From the NCBI GenBank assembly GCA_030141605.1, contig JAQGDQ010000276.1:1-64000 (forward strand): 64,000 nt of DNA, given 5' to 3'. The notes beneath the pieces were generated by a model. The model saw only the letters and a program-made list of their open reading frames with translations, was not told the origin of the DNA and made no database searches. The position numbers and the translations under genes are program-made. Source of the DNA: Tubiluchus corallicola (lineage: Eukaryota; Animalia; Priapulida). Shown here in pieces: positions 41,020-53,130 of this stretch (positions are counted from its first letter, which is position 1; every line of letters starts with the position of its first letter).

Positions 41020-42624
41020 GAAAAGACCGTGAAGTGGAGTCAGCATTAAAACTGTGGTTTACAAATGCAAGAGAAAAAGATGCTCGAGTGAACGCTCCTT
41101 TAATGCGACAGAAAGCTGAAGATTTGGCAAAGAAAATGGGAAAAGAAGATTTTGTTGCAACAGATGGGTGGTTTCAGCGATGGAGAAAGCATGAAAGCAT
41201 TGTGTACAAACGTATCCATGGTGAGGAAAAGAATGCTGATGTTACACCTGTTGAAAATTGGAAAGAATCAAAGTGGCCAAAAATTATTGCGGGGTATTCA
41301 CCCGGCAACATTTACAACGCAGATGAAGCTGGACTTTATTTTGGAGCTTTGCCTGAGCACATCTACTTATTTGGGAACGAAAATGCAAAGGGGTGTAAGA
41401 TTTCAAAAGAACGTGTGACAGTGCTATGCTGTGTAAGCATGTCAGGAAAAATGGAAAAACTGCTGGTGATTGGTAAAAGCAAGAATCCCCTGTGTTTTAA
41501 AAGTGTTGCACAGTTACCGGTAGATTACTGCACAAACTCGAATGGTTGGGTGAGGGCTGTGTTGTTAAATGAATGGTTAGTGAAATGGGATGCGAGCTTA
41601 AAGCGAAACATCAGTTTACTGGTAAACAACTGTACTGCCCATGTAGTGCATCATTGAAACACATTAAAGTTGCATTTTTGCCTGCAAACACCACATCACT
41701 TATTTAAACACTTATTTAAGGCATTATTCAAACACTGAAGGCATACTATAGAAAAGAAATGCGGGTGAGAGTGTTACATGTAGAAGCAATGGATTCAGAC
41801 AATGCCACTGATCAATTACGTGCAAACGACTTAGCCAAAAAACTACCCTCCTGAACGCTTTACATTTACTGGCTATGCATGGAGCAATGTAAGTGAGCAG
41901 ATGATTCAGAACTGTTTTAGTCCTGCCCAATTCACTTGTGATTCAATTCTCACTACGTTGCAAGAGATAAGCCTGTACCATCTGCTCCACCTGGTATGAG
42001 CAGCAACGAATTTGAGACTTGGTTGGAAATTGATTTGGCCATTCAGGCCACGTTACCAATAACCAAGGATGAAATCACCACCATTCCAAGGAGGAGTCAA
42101 GAAGAACCTAAAGAGACCACTTGCAAGGCAACCACTTGCGAGGAAACAAGGGCACCACCAACTGCAGCTCAAGCATTCCAAGCGTTAAATGTTTTATAAG
42201 AATACATGCATCACACAGCAACAGATTTTCAACGTTTTTATAGTGTTGGGAACTTTGTGAGCCAACTTCTTCGCGAGAAAATGAAGCAGCCAACTTTGAG
42301 GGATTTTTTTTAATTTTTGCAAATAAACAGACTTGCGTGATTTAGAAAAGTATACTTCATTAACAATAAATTAAAATAAATTTATTGTTAATGTACTTAT
42401 ACAAATTAATATTTTAAAATATTTTTTTCTAATTTTTAACTGCACAAAGGAATTTAGGAATTACTTTGTTTCTAAAATGGATTAAAAGCCTTTGCGGTGC
42501 ATAGTAAGCTGATGACTCAAACTTCTATAGCAGTAATACTACACCCATCGGTTAATAGGTTCAATCGGTTAATTGGGTCAAAACACGTCGGTCCCAAAAT
42601 GAGTCTATTAAGTGGTGACTACTA
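41020..42624 (+). mobile_element. Tigger/pogo (Tc1-mariner) transposon, 5'-truncated, transposase pseudogene
   Basis: ORF 41034-41657: CENP-B-type HTH (ALKLWF..LMRQKAEDLA..ATDGWFQRWR), DDE_1 motifs YNADEAGL, KERVTVLCC, LLVNNCTAH, then FLPANTTS in another frame. Pogo-like end GGTCCCAAAATGAGTCTATTAAGTGGTGACTACTA followed by TA. Confidence 0.9.
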
Positions 42625-42719
42625 TATATATTAGTTTAATGCATTATCAAAATCAAAACAAAAAACTGTTTACTTAGGTGTAAATTTGCAAATGCTATTT
42701 ATTTTCTAGTTCAAACCAA

Positions 42720-42724
42720 ACACA

Positions 42725-42755
<31 letters not shown>
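42720..42755. repeat. (CA)n microsatellite
   Basis: Short CA run with one interruption. Confidence 0.9.
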
Positions 42756-45700
42756 GTACCATTACCACGTACACACTACATGCCATGGGCACTTATTGAT
42801 ATGTAATATCCGGTGTACTGCAGGCAATTTAGTGGCTATTCCAGAATTTTTGGCCTTACCTTATGTGGCAGCATCCATAAAGAATAAACTGTGTGCATTT
42901 CTAATAACTGGTCTTCTATGATTTTGTTAGTGTATCTTATTCAACTTATATTAAGCATACTAACTCTTGCGCCATTCTATAGGAGTTATAATTATTATAT
43001 CGATGATATGCGTCATGCCATAGAAATATACGAGCAGCACACATGCGGAAGCTTTAGAAAGAGCTTTTGAAGAGTTAGTGTAATCTAGTGTTGAATAGTG
43101 TTGGATAGTGTTGGAGCAAAATGGACATTTTTTAAACTCAAAGTGAAGTATTTTTTGGCATGTAGGCGTACTTAGTGCTGTTTATATAGAATCTAGACAG
43201 TATAATTAAGCTGTCTCATGATTTCGAGAAGGACAAGGACATCAGATATCACAGTGATAACATCTATGAGAGGATGTTAAATTCTTTACTAGAGCACTAT
43301 ATTATAGGAAGTCATTGTTTGGTAATTACTTATCAGCAGACAGAATGTGTATATTAATCTTGCCAATATTTTAGGTTTTAGACAACCAGTTATATGCAAT
43401 GTGATTAACTGTTCTGTGTCTACAGTTGACTGGAGGAATATTGTTCTATAACTATAGTTCACTGCTACCTTTCAATTTCAAAATGTTGGCAAGCATTTTA
43501 CCATTTTTGTTAGTTATCAACTTTAATTTAAATGGCCGTTTTCTATAGCTTAATTGCAACTTGTAACTTGAACTTGCCAATATTATTTTTTCCAATTTTT
43601 TATTTAATTTATTAAACGCCAACAGTTATTCACATTCTGATTAACTGTTATACATGTGGCAATTGGCAGAGAAATTGTCTGACTTATTTTAGATATTGCT
43701 CTAGCAGAGCTGTTTGGCTAGTCTGGTATTAATCAATGTCAGATGTACATTGATACATAGGTTAGTCATTTGGCTGAGTTTAAGTTAAGTTTACAGCAGT
43801 ATAATTATTACATAAGTTAGGTTATAACAGTATAGGTTTGTATATATGTTCTAAAACAATTTACAATAAATAAATACAAACAGTAGAAAAACTAGTGTAT
43901 CAGATACTAGGCACCATAAGCAATTTGTGGTTAAGATTTTTTATCATCCTGGTTTTGTATGAACTGTAAAAAATTACAGTGCCCGGCACACATACAGTGT
44001 TCAATTTTTAATGTTCCCATGATGTTGGACCACAATATCAGGTATTTGCTGGGCATTTTCATGGTCTGATAAACTGATTAAATAATTTCATTAGCGCACA
44101 TGAGAATGTCACTGTTATTCAAACAATGTGTTTTAATTTGTACTGTTTTTCTTGCATCCTCTACTTTTACTTTAATGCCATCCTAGCCCATCCATTTATC
44201 CGGTCTAGCAGTAGGCCTATTTACGTAATGTCTGTGTGCTAATTGGACTTGGCTAGTTATATCGCTTGAGACCTTGCACTCTTGAGTCCATTTCATCTGC
44301 TTTCTTATTTTTTTATGAACCTTGATCATGCTTTGCATTTGCTCATTGATCATTTTTTGCAGTCACTTTTCGCCATTATAATCAATCAGCACTTATTTTT
44401 TTCACATCACAATTTATTTCAAACATGCAACCACAAACAGTGCAATTACGAGTTCGTTATAGCAATAGCTGATTAATTGTATATCATTGAGAAATTTCAG
44501 TTTTTACACTATATTGATTAATTTCATTACAATGAATATTTGCAGGCAATTAAAAACAGCCAAAGCATATATTAAGGTAAATCGATTCTTAAGGTTTGTA
44601 ATGGTCATATTTTTATGCTAAGATCATTAATCAGGTTAACATCATGACTGTAAATGCCAGAATGTTCTCAAACCATTGGGTTTACTTCACAATAATTATT
44701 ATCGGGTAATAATTATAACTGCGGGTAATGAGCTGAAGAAAGAAAAGAGATCCTGAAAAGTTGTGAATCAGTCCGGACATAAACCGATACCCGGGATTAT
44801 ACCTCCCATGCCCTGCCACCTAAGCTACCAGATCAACATGGCAGAGCAGGCTCAAGATTTCAACCTTCTAGCACACAATCCAACAGCACCACCTGTATCT
44901 ATGACGGAAAGTGATACGATGCGGGTATGGGGTATTCGTGGCACTCCCGGAGTGTGTATTGCAAGGATGCACTTCTAGTCGCAGTCTTGTTAATGATACC
45001 ATTAATTGCTAGCTAATCCGAAAAAGTTGATATGAAACAGATTATGTGTTGGCAAAGTTTTTTTGCTATGGCAATGGAGTGTTGTCTGCCATTTAGAGGC
45101 GAGCTGAGTTTGTAATTGCAGTTGCATGAATCTGTTCCTTTTTTGGTCTCAACATAAACGCATTGGTGTCTATTAGTAGACTGACATTGCTGACAGTAAG
45201 TTAGTACACACCTTATCTAAAAAATTAAAGTTTTCCGTGCTACAGTTGATCATAGCCGATGTGTTGAAAATATTTCACCAATACCCAGTGGCGCATTATA
45301 AACTTGAGAACTGTTGTGTTTTGTTTCTCTCGGAAGGCTCAATGGCTTCTCTGGTAGCATCCATGGGTGAGCTGCAGGCTTGGATGGCTTGTTCTGATGT
45401 TCTCCACATGAGTCACATTGTTGGCTAGCCATCTCGATAGCCATATTGAGACCAGGCCAGTAGACAGCAGTTCTTGCCAACTGTTTCATGCGTTCTATGC
45501 CGAAGTGCCCGATATGCAGTAGATCCAGGATCTTGGACTGCAGGCTTTGTGGAATCACAACTCTTGATCCATGGATGAGGCATCCGAGGCAGATACTGAG
45601 TGAATCTGACAACTTCCGGAACTTTTCGATTTCTCTGTTGATCTCAGCGTGCTTGGGCGACCATCCTTCTTGGACATAGCGCATGACCGTAGCTAGCACT

Positions 45701-48700
45701 GGATCTTTCCCTGATTCTCGTCGGAGGATGTTGGTATCCACAGACTTCACTTGAAGACTGAGAACTTTAATGGCCCACACCATGTCCATGTCTTCACCAT
45801 TTTCCTCCCTGTTGAAGTCGTTGTCGTCTCCAGATGGCAAGTGACTAAGGGCATCTGCATTGTCATGGTCTGCTGTTTTTGCGGTACTTGATGATGCAGT
45901 CAAACTGGTTTAGCCACAGGGCCCACCGAGCTAGACGATTAGCTGCAAGAAGCGGCGTCCCTTTCTTCGGTCCGAAGAGTGAAGTCAGTGGCTTATGATC
46001 AATCACCAGTGTGAAATGACGCCCATGGAGGTACTGGTAGAATTTCCGTAAGCCGAAGATAATGGCTAGGGCTTCCTTATGTATTTGGCTGTAGTTCCTT
46101 TCTGCAGCTCTGAGAGTCTTGGACACATTGGCAATTAGGCACACACTTCCGTCCAGATAGTGATGAAACAGGACAGCTCCAATCCCAACGTTGGACGCGT
46201 CACAAGCCAATCCTAAAGGTTTGTCTGGATCGAAATGCACAAGGACTTGATCTGAGGATAGCACATTTTTCAACAGTTCAAATGCTGTTTGCTCCTCATC
46301 TCCCCACTTCTAGGGGACTGCCTTCTTGGTGAAGTAGTAAAGGTTGGGATGAACTTCCCATAGAACTGAACCGAGCCCAAGAAAGCCTTCAAGCTTGAGA
46401 CGTCTGTAGGCGGTGGCATCTTCATGACTGCCTCGACCTTGGATCCTTTCGCAACTCCTTCGGCCGATAAGGTGTGTCCAAGATATTCAATACTTGGTTG
46501 CGCAAACAAGCACTTTTTACGATAACATCTGAGTCCTTTGTCATTCAGACAAGTGGTGATCATTTGCATCTTGCCCGCTGATGAGCATATCGTCTTGGAA
46601 GACGGCGACTCCAGGCAGATCACTAGTCAGGTTGTCCATGATCTCCTGAAAGTAACCAGGTGCTGACTTGATTTCGAAAGGAAGTCGTTGCAGCAGGAGT
46701 ACACCACGGTGGGTACTGAGAGCTAGCCTGCATTGACTCTCGGGTGCCAGCTTAATCTGGTTATAGGCATCAGCAAGGTCAATCTTCGTGTAGCCATATC
46801 TGCCTCCCAGCCTCTGCATCAGTTCCTCTGGGAGTGGCATCGGATGACAGTGGTCCTCTAGCTGATCGTTTGTGCTGACTGAGTAGTCACCACAGATCCG
46901 CAATTTGGGCTTCTGAGTGCCCGGAGTGTAAGCTTTATGAATCGGTACCACTGGCATTCAGTATTCGTTGTACTGGACTGGCTTCCAGACAGCTCTGGCG
47001 ATGCCTTCTTCGTAACCTTTGGCCAGGTCATTCGAAGAGCGAGTAGAACCGGTCGTGCCTTGTGAAAAACCAGCTTCGTGTCAAACTTGAACTTCACTTC
47101 CAGTTCGAAGTCCTTAAGACACCCCAATTCTTCTTTGAAGAGATCTGGGAACTCGTCACACAGGTTGTGGCAATGTCGTTGCAGGGAAGCATAAGACGTG
47201 TAAGAGGTCTCCGGATGTGATGTTTTTACACCCTTGCTCTTGTTTTGACTCTCTGTGCTTCTCAGTCCTAGAGCATTGTCCACAGAAATTCCCAGCTTCT
47301 GGATAGCATTTCGTCCAAGCAGGTTCAGGTCAGGGATCTTGGTGACGATGTAAGGAATTGAGCTTTGTTTACCAGTCTTTAGATCCTTGGTCTGGCCCAT
47401 GAAAGTTCCCAGCACTGGCAGGTCGTGCTTGCTGGCAGACTCGTAACGATGTCTGACGTCATCCAGCTTTGGCTTTCCTAGTTGTTTCCAGACCGGCACT
47501 GAAATGAAATTTCCCGAAGTTATAGTGTCAAGTTCCATTTTGAACGGTTGGTCTTGGATGTTGACTTTGACATCCAAACTATGAGAATCTTCGGGAACTT
47601 CACCAAGCATTGCCTTGACAAGCTCATCATTCCTGATTCTCTTCACGGACTTTCCAGATTTTTGGTCCCGTTGCTGTCGTTGCTTCTTCATGCAAACAGC
47701 CTCCAAATGTCCTTTCTTGTCACAGAAATGGCACTTGGCATCTTTGTAGGGACAGTCAGTCACTTTGTAGGCCTTTCCACAATGGTAGCACTTTGTATCC
47801 CTGTCTGTGGAATGTGGCTGCTGTTGGTTCTTTCTGTGACCCTTGTTCTGGTTCAGCTTGACTTTGTTGATGAGCCAGGTCTTGGAACCGTAGACAGTTT
47901 CCTTGACAGCCTTTGCCGCATCTTCAGTCTCGGTAGCGATTTGGACACACGGGCGAAAGTCAGATCTTCATCCTTGATTTTGAAGATAGCCTTCAAAACA
48001 GCTTCGTTGTTGATAGAGCATATGAATCTCTGCTTCAGAGCTTCATCTTGTGGGTCTTGGATTGAAGAAAAGTCACAAGTAGCAGCGTCTCGGCATGTGC
48101 GGGCTGCTAACTCCTGGGGAGTTTTACCTGGCTTCCGTTGCATGTCACTCCAGAACTTGAAACGTTCTCGCACAATGAAGAGTTTCGGGTCAAACTGTTC
48201 TTTCATAAAGTCGACAATTTCGTCAATTGTCAGTTCGTTGATATCCTTGGATGGAGACTGTTGAGTTGCTATATTTGCCAGTTGCTTGTAGATGGCAGCA
48301 GTCTGTTTGTTAGAAAAACTTGAGCCTTGCGTTGGTCAGGCACTGCATTGGCTGCCATGAAAGTACAAAATCTTGACCAGCAGTCAGGCCACAGTTCAGA
48401 AGTTGGATCGAAAGCAGCAAATGATGGAATGGCAGCTGTAAGCGCTGATGCATGTGGAAGGTAGGTGCTTGAGCTGTAATTCCCTTCAGGAGTTCGAGCC
48501 TGAAGCAGCCTCCTCATAGCATCCATATCTTCTTTGTGTTGCTGTGCCTGCTGATCTATATCTTCTTTTGTGTTGCTGCACTTGCCGATCCATCTGTTCC
48601 CTCTGGATTTGAATCTGCTGCACCTGCTGATCCATCTGCTGGCGGAGGAGCTTGATAAGTTCGCCCATCTGCTCTGCCATCATTTCTTGAATAAACAACT

Positions 48701-48719
48701 GTCCACTGAGTTACCAAGG

Positions 48720-48737
48720 ATCCTGTCGACTGCGCCA
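48720..48737 (-). promoter_or_regulatory. Primer-binding site of Gypsy B (tRNA-Ser AGA/CGA-like)
   Basis: TGGCGCAGTCGACAGGAT, 5 nt after the LTR end CACAACA and just upstream of gag; 16/18 match to a recalled invertebrate tRNA-Ser 3' end. Confidence 0.75.
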
Positions 48738-48742
48738 ATATT

Positions 48743-48887
48743 TGTTGTGTTTTGTTTCTCTCGGAAGGCTCCATGGCTTCTCTGGTAGCATCCATGGGTG
48801 AACTGCAGGCTTGGATGGCTTGTTCTGATGTTCTCCACGTGAATCCCATCCTCGTCGCCATAAAAGATACCAGCGATCTCCACAACA
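48743..48887 (-). repeat. Chimeric 5' LTR of Gypsy B (145 bp, TGTTGTG...CACAACA)
   Basis: 7-bp inverted termini, preceded by PPT-like GGTGGGGTAG and followed by the PBS; 48743-48839 repeats at 45312-45408 with 3 differences. Confidence 0.75.
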
Positions 48888-49132
48888 CTACCCCACCGAA
48901 ACTGATGCTGTCTCCAAAGCATCAGCAACAAAGTCTCTCTCTCTCGGCTTGGGTGTCCTGTTGGATCGTCTGGGGTTGTGCGGTCCATACTCTGGCACAT
49001 GCGGCTTGGTCTCGGACAACCCCAGACGATCCAAGAGGACACCCAAGCCGAAAGAGAGACTTTGTTGCTGATGCTTTGGACACAGCATCAATTTCGGTGG
49101 GGAAGTGTTGTGGAGATCGCTGGCATCTATTA
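48861..49132. repeat. Long inverted repeat (~120-bp arms, ~30-bp loop) built from Gypsy pol C-terminus, PPT and LTR start
   Basis: 48861-48983 is the reverse complement of 49013-49132 with ~8 substitutions and one indel; plus arm reads NPRRSKRTPKPKERLCC*, then GGTGGGGAAG, then TGTTGTGG. Confidence 0.92.
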
Positions 49133-52100
49133 GAATTAAATGGAACAAGAACAACTTTGATCACTTGAGGGTGTCAAAGTTTAGTAGAGCACATCCATAG
49201 CTATTATTCAGCTGCCTGTGGTTTACATAAAATCGGATGGAACTGTCTTTCTTGACTTACAGGCAGAATTAGGAAGCATTTGAAAGCTTAATGATGTCTG
49301 AAACATATTTTTATCTCTATTGCAACTAGTTTCGGCCTTCCTTTCACCAGTAATTTTGGTACTTGCTTTACGGGAAGAGCCACGCTAGCAGCATGTTTCG
49401 CAACATTTATATGGCTGCATATCATGTTTAGAAAAATTATTTAATAATGCACGTAACTGGTTTGTTTTGGAGTTTCAGATAACTTTGGCCTAGAGGTTTT
49501 CATTAAGGACTGCTATTGCTTTTGGAGTAACATGATGGGGTGATCTTTAGTTCATTCTCCTATAGGCTTTAGTGAATTAATTTCAAGTAAAGCAATCAGG
49601 GTATTTTCATTTTACTCCTCCTCTTCATTACTCTCATCACAAGGCTCTTTCTCAGCCACAAAACAGCGCCTTTTTGTCCACTTAGCTTTGTGTTTGCTTT
49701 ACCACAGCTCACTGGCACTAACATCATCATTAATTTAGTAAATGTGGCAATTTCTAAAAGAAAACCTGCGACTCCCAATTGACCCGACTAATTCCTGTTT
49801 GCTACTCTTATATGCTTACTATATACTGGCCTGGACTCTGTTCACTCTCTTTCAGGCAATTTATAGTAACTGTATGGACCAACGAATGTGGCATTTGACC
49901 ACTATACACTATCAACTAGGTTTGCAATCAATCGTCGATACTGTTATTTCATCACGAAAATTGAAAGATTCGTCTTCTAGGTATACAAAAAAAGAATAAT
50001 TAAGATCTTCATCATCCAGAGCTTCAATTCCCTGTTTATAGTCATCGGATCAACCAGCAGTATCCAGAGATTACATTTACCTGACCATGTCACCACAGCA
50101 CTGCCTCTGTATCCGATCTTTTCTATAATAAACAATGTGGATACTGTTTAGCTGCAGTATCCCGTGGTATAGCCTTTTTCTGTTTTAAGAGGTTGTTTAA
50201 TTAGTATTTATGCGTCATTATATATACATTGTATGTACTATAGTATAATATACTTCTACTGCTGCTGCTGTTGCTGGTACTACTACTTTTGCTTTTTTGC
50301 TAACAATTTGTGTTTGTTAGATTTACTCATTCAACTAGTCACTGGCAAATTTGTATTTCGGGTTTCACAAAATTCCTAGTTTTTTTGCGAAACTTAAAGT
50401 TGAACCATTTATTCTACAACTTCTAGACTTTCGACTTCTAGATGTATACATTTTAATTTCTTTCTTAAACGTCTCGAGCAGTTCTGGAATATCAGCTTAT
50501 CATCTGTATTCTTTGACGAATCAGGTTGTGTTGGATTTGGGGCCATTTCCCTGCTCACCTAGGGTCCATTGCAATAATAACAGTCTTTCACCATTACATT
50601 AACGTCAGTTACTTTCATTATTGGTTCTTAAAATTTAGTGTCGAAAATTTGCTCAGAGTATCAATTTATTTTGATGCTGTTTTTCATGTTTTTACATTAG
50701 AGAGTCACTGATGCACAACAACTGCCAGTAAATCCTGTTTTGTTTTGTTTTTTGTTTTTTGTCTATGAAACTTTTTCTTTTTTTGTGAAAGATGTTTGGG
50801 TTTTGAGAAGTTTTGAGGAAGTCGGGGATCATGGGAACCTCAAACCCAAGCACCCTTACCTACTACCCAGAAAAGGGACTAGATTTTTGGGCACAGCCAT
50901 TTGGCCAACTCACTTGGCATAAGACATTTCAATGCCCGTTCACATTAAAGGTGCCATTAAATCCAACGTGATTCCATCACGCTAGGACATACTGTGACAT
51001 TATTCCTGCGTTGCACTATAAATCCGCTGTCAATTAGGCTAGACACTCTTGGGAATTAAATCTCGTCCTTTGCTTGATTAGTGATTGCCATGTAACTTAT
51101 AAAATATCTAAAGTTTTTGAGAAAAAATTATTATTTCTGTGAGTATGATAATGTAACTAAGATTTTGTTACAGCAATTGCAAATCTTTTGAATCTCCTAC
51201 AGTTATTTCTTTTTATTCTCCGTAAACATATTTTTCTTAATAACTCGTTAGGTTTGCAATTAAGCTGGGATCTGTACAAAGGAAGGCGGCAGTGTGCCGA
51301 CCTCTGACCTCTGGTCAAAGGATCAGGGCTAGGGGGCATTGTGTCATTTGTCCGATACTCCACATCTTCTTTTAGTGCTTTTTTCTTTTTCACTTTTGTT
51401 TCACAAGTGAGGTAGATATGAACCTGGGATTTCAAAAACCTAGGACTTCGTAAAGGTCTGAGATAGGAGAGCAAATGTGAAACTTAGGGCAACTTGTTTT
51501 CCTTCACATCTGATCCCATGGCTCAGTTTTTTTTTTTCAAAAGTATTTAGGTATTATGGAGTAGATGTGCACCTGGGGTTTTAAAAAGTTGGGATTCCTT
51601 AAGGGACAAAAGCCAAAGCCAGAAAAGGGGGTTATGTCAATAACTCCATATGCATGACTATGCTAGAATCATGAGATTTGCATGGTAACACCTCAGATAG
51701 GTGCTCAGAGAAAGGTGTTGAAAAGGTGACCACTGGGTGAAATGTCGCAGCATCAGGAACCAAAGATGAAAAATAGAGCAAATGACTTTATCTCTCCGCT
51801 CCTTTTACAGTATTGGACTAGGAGTCTGTTTTTGTACATACGGGTAGCCAAGCAAGGCACCACACAGTACGTATTTTTCAGAAACAGCACGTAGCCAGGT
51901 AACATGACACAAAAGTGTTAAAACAAGATTTTATCAATAACTGGAAAAGTAAAAGAGTCACGAAATTTAAAGGACAGGTACCCGGGATACGGGCTCAGAC
52001 AACAGAATCTTGAACAACGATACTGGGTGATAGTTTTTCGTTAAGCTCTGTCTCCTCCTCAGTTTTTGAGGCAGAGCCACAATTCATGAAAAATAGAGGC

Positions 52101-53063
52101 TTGAAGTATATAAAATGAAACACACACCTATGAGTCAAATTAAATGGTATTCGCTGATTTCTGGCTCCACAAGGGCAAAATAGGGGTCGAGAAGACAAAT
52201 GTCTGCCAGTGCCGACCGAAACTAGCTTGTAGCATATCGAATGAAATAAACTCGATGAGATGAATTGAATGGTATAATTGACATTTGACCCATGCGTCAC
52301 GGGTTGAAAAGTTACAAGTTACAGTTGAATTGTGGAGTGCAGTTCTTAGGTAATATCAAGCAAGGTGTACTCAATAACATCAAAATTATAATTTCCAAAC
52401 AAAAAGCTAAAGCCTTTTCAAGGTCTAATTCTGTAACTACTGTTTGCAAAATCTTCAGTTTCTGACCACTGAAATATTGTCAACTGGTTAAAACTTGAAT
52501 CAATTGCAGCATAATTCACTTGGCACTTGCGAAAATACAGCAGCGACTGCATAATTCATTCGTGTTCAACATGCTTGCAATTATTGTCCGTCTTAACATT
52601 GATCACACATCATTTAACTGGTTCGCTGACCGATCTAGCAGGTTGTTTTCAAGTTCACAGCTAATATAAGCAACTAATGAAATACTTATTTCAAAGCACA
52701 CCAAGCGTTCGAGTTAAATTATTTGTACTTGTACTGACTCTAAATTTTCGTGAATTAGACCGTTTGTGACGCACATTTCTGTTTTTTCGTGATGCACTTG
52801 ATATTCTTGCTGTGAATTGCTGTCACATTTTAATAAAATGCTAATGACATTTAGCGGTGTCCCCTACTTCTATATACAAACATGTATAACACTGTATTAA
52901 AGTGCAGAGTCAACTGAATGATTTTAGTTGTTACATATCACTGCAACTGCTTAATTTGGTGAAGCATGATTCTTAAATAATACTGTGAACATTAGGAAAA
53001 TTGTGAGTCGTCAAAAATTTAAAAAACAAAAATAAAAAAGTAGGCACAACATTAAATTTTATT

Positions 53064-53130
53064 GCTGCCCAAAGTGTCCCCATGCCCAAATGTCCCGTAC
53101 CCAAATGGCCATGGCAAAATGTCACATACC
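53064..53130 (+). repeat. Short tandem array (GCCCAAATGTCCC-like, about 4 units), likely a transposon end
   Basis: gcccaaagtgtcccc / gcccaaatgtccc / acccaaatggcc / ggcaaaatgtcacatacc. Confidence 0.5.

Larger units (their letters stand above)
45312..48887 (-). mobile_element. Ty3/Gypsy LTR retrotransposon B (K02A2.6-like), integrase core deleted
   Basis: Gag from ~48680, CCHC knuckle CHFCDKKGHLEAVC, protease MELDT, RT (KIDLADAYNQI, FQDDM), RNase H (LACDASNVGIGAVL, NYSQIHKEALA), integrase Zn finger (LHIGHFG..CDSC). Ends CACAACA at 45312. Confidence 0.93.

Noticed and set aside
47548-48264. 238-aa plus-strand ORF, and similar antisense ORFs over Gypsy A and FAM234
   Set aside because: Antisense shadows of real coding sequence with no recognisable motifs.
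48841-48860. tRNA-Ser gene
   Set aside because: Only the last 20 nt including CCA are present, with no cloverleaf body; treated as a PBS-like capture.
49132-49136. AGAAT as the TSD partner of AGAAC (45307-45311) for Gypsy B
   Set aside because: Only 4/5 match and not adjacent to a CA terminus; cannot be told from chance.
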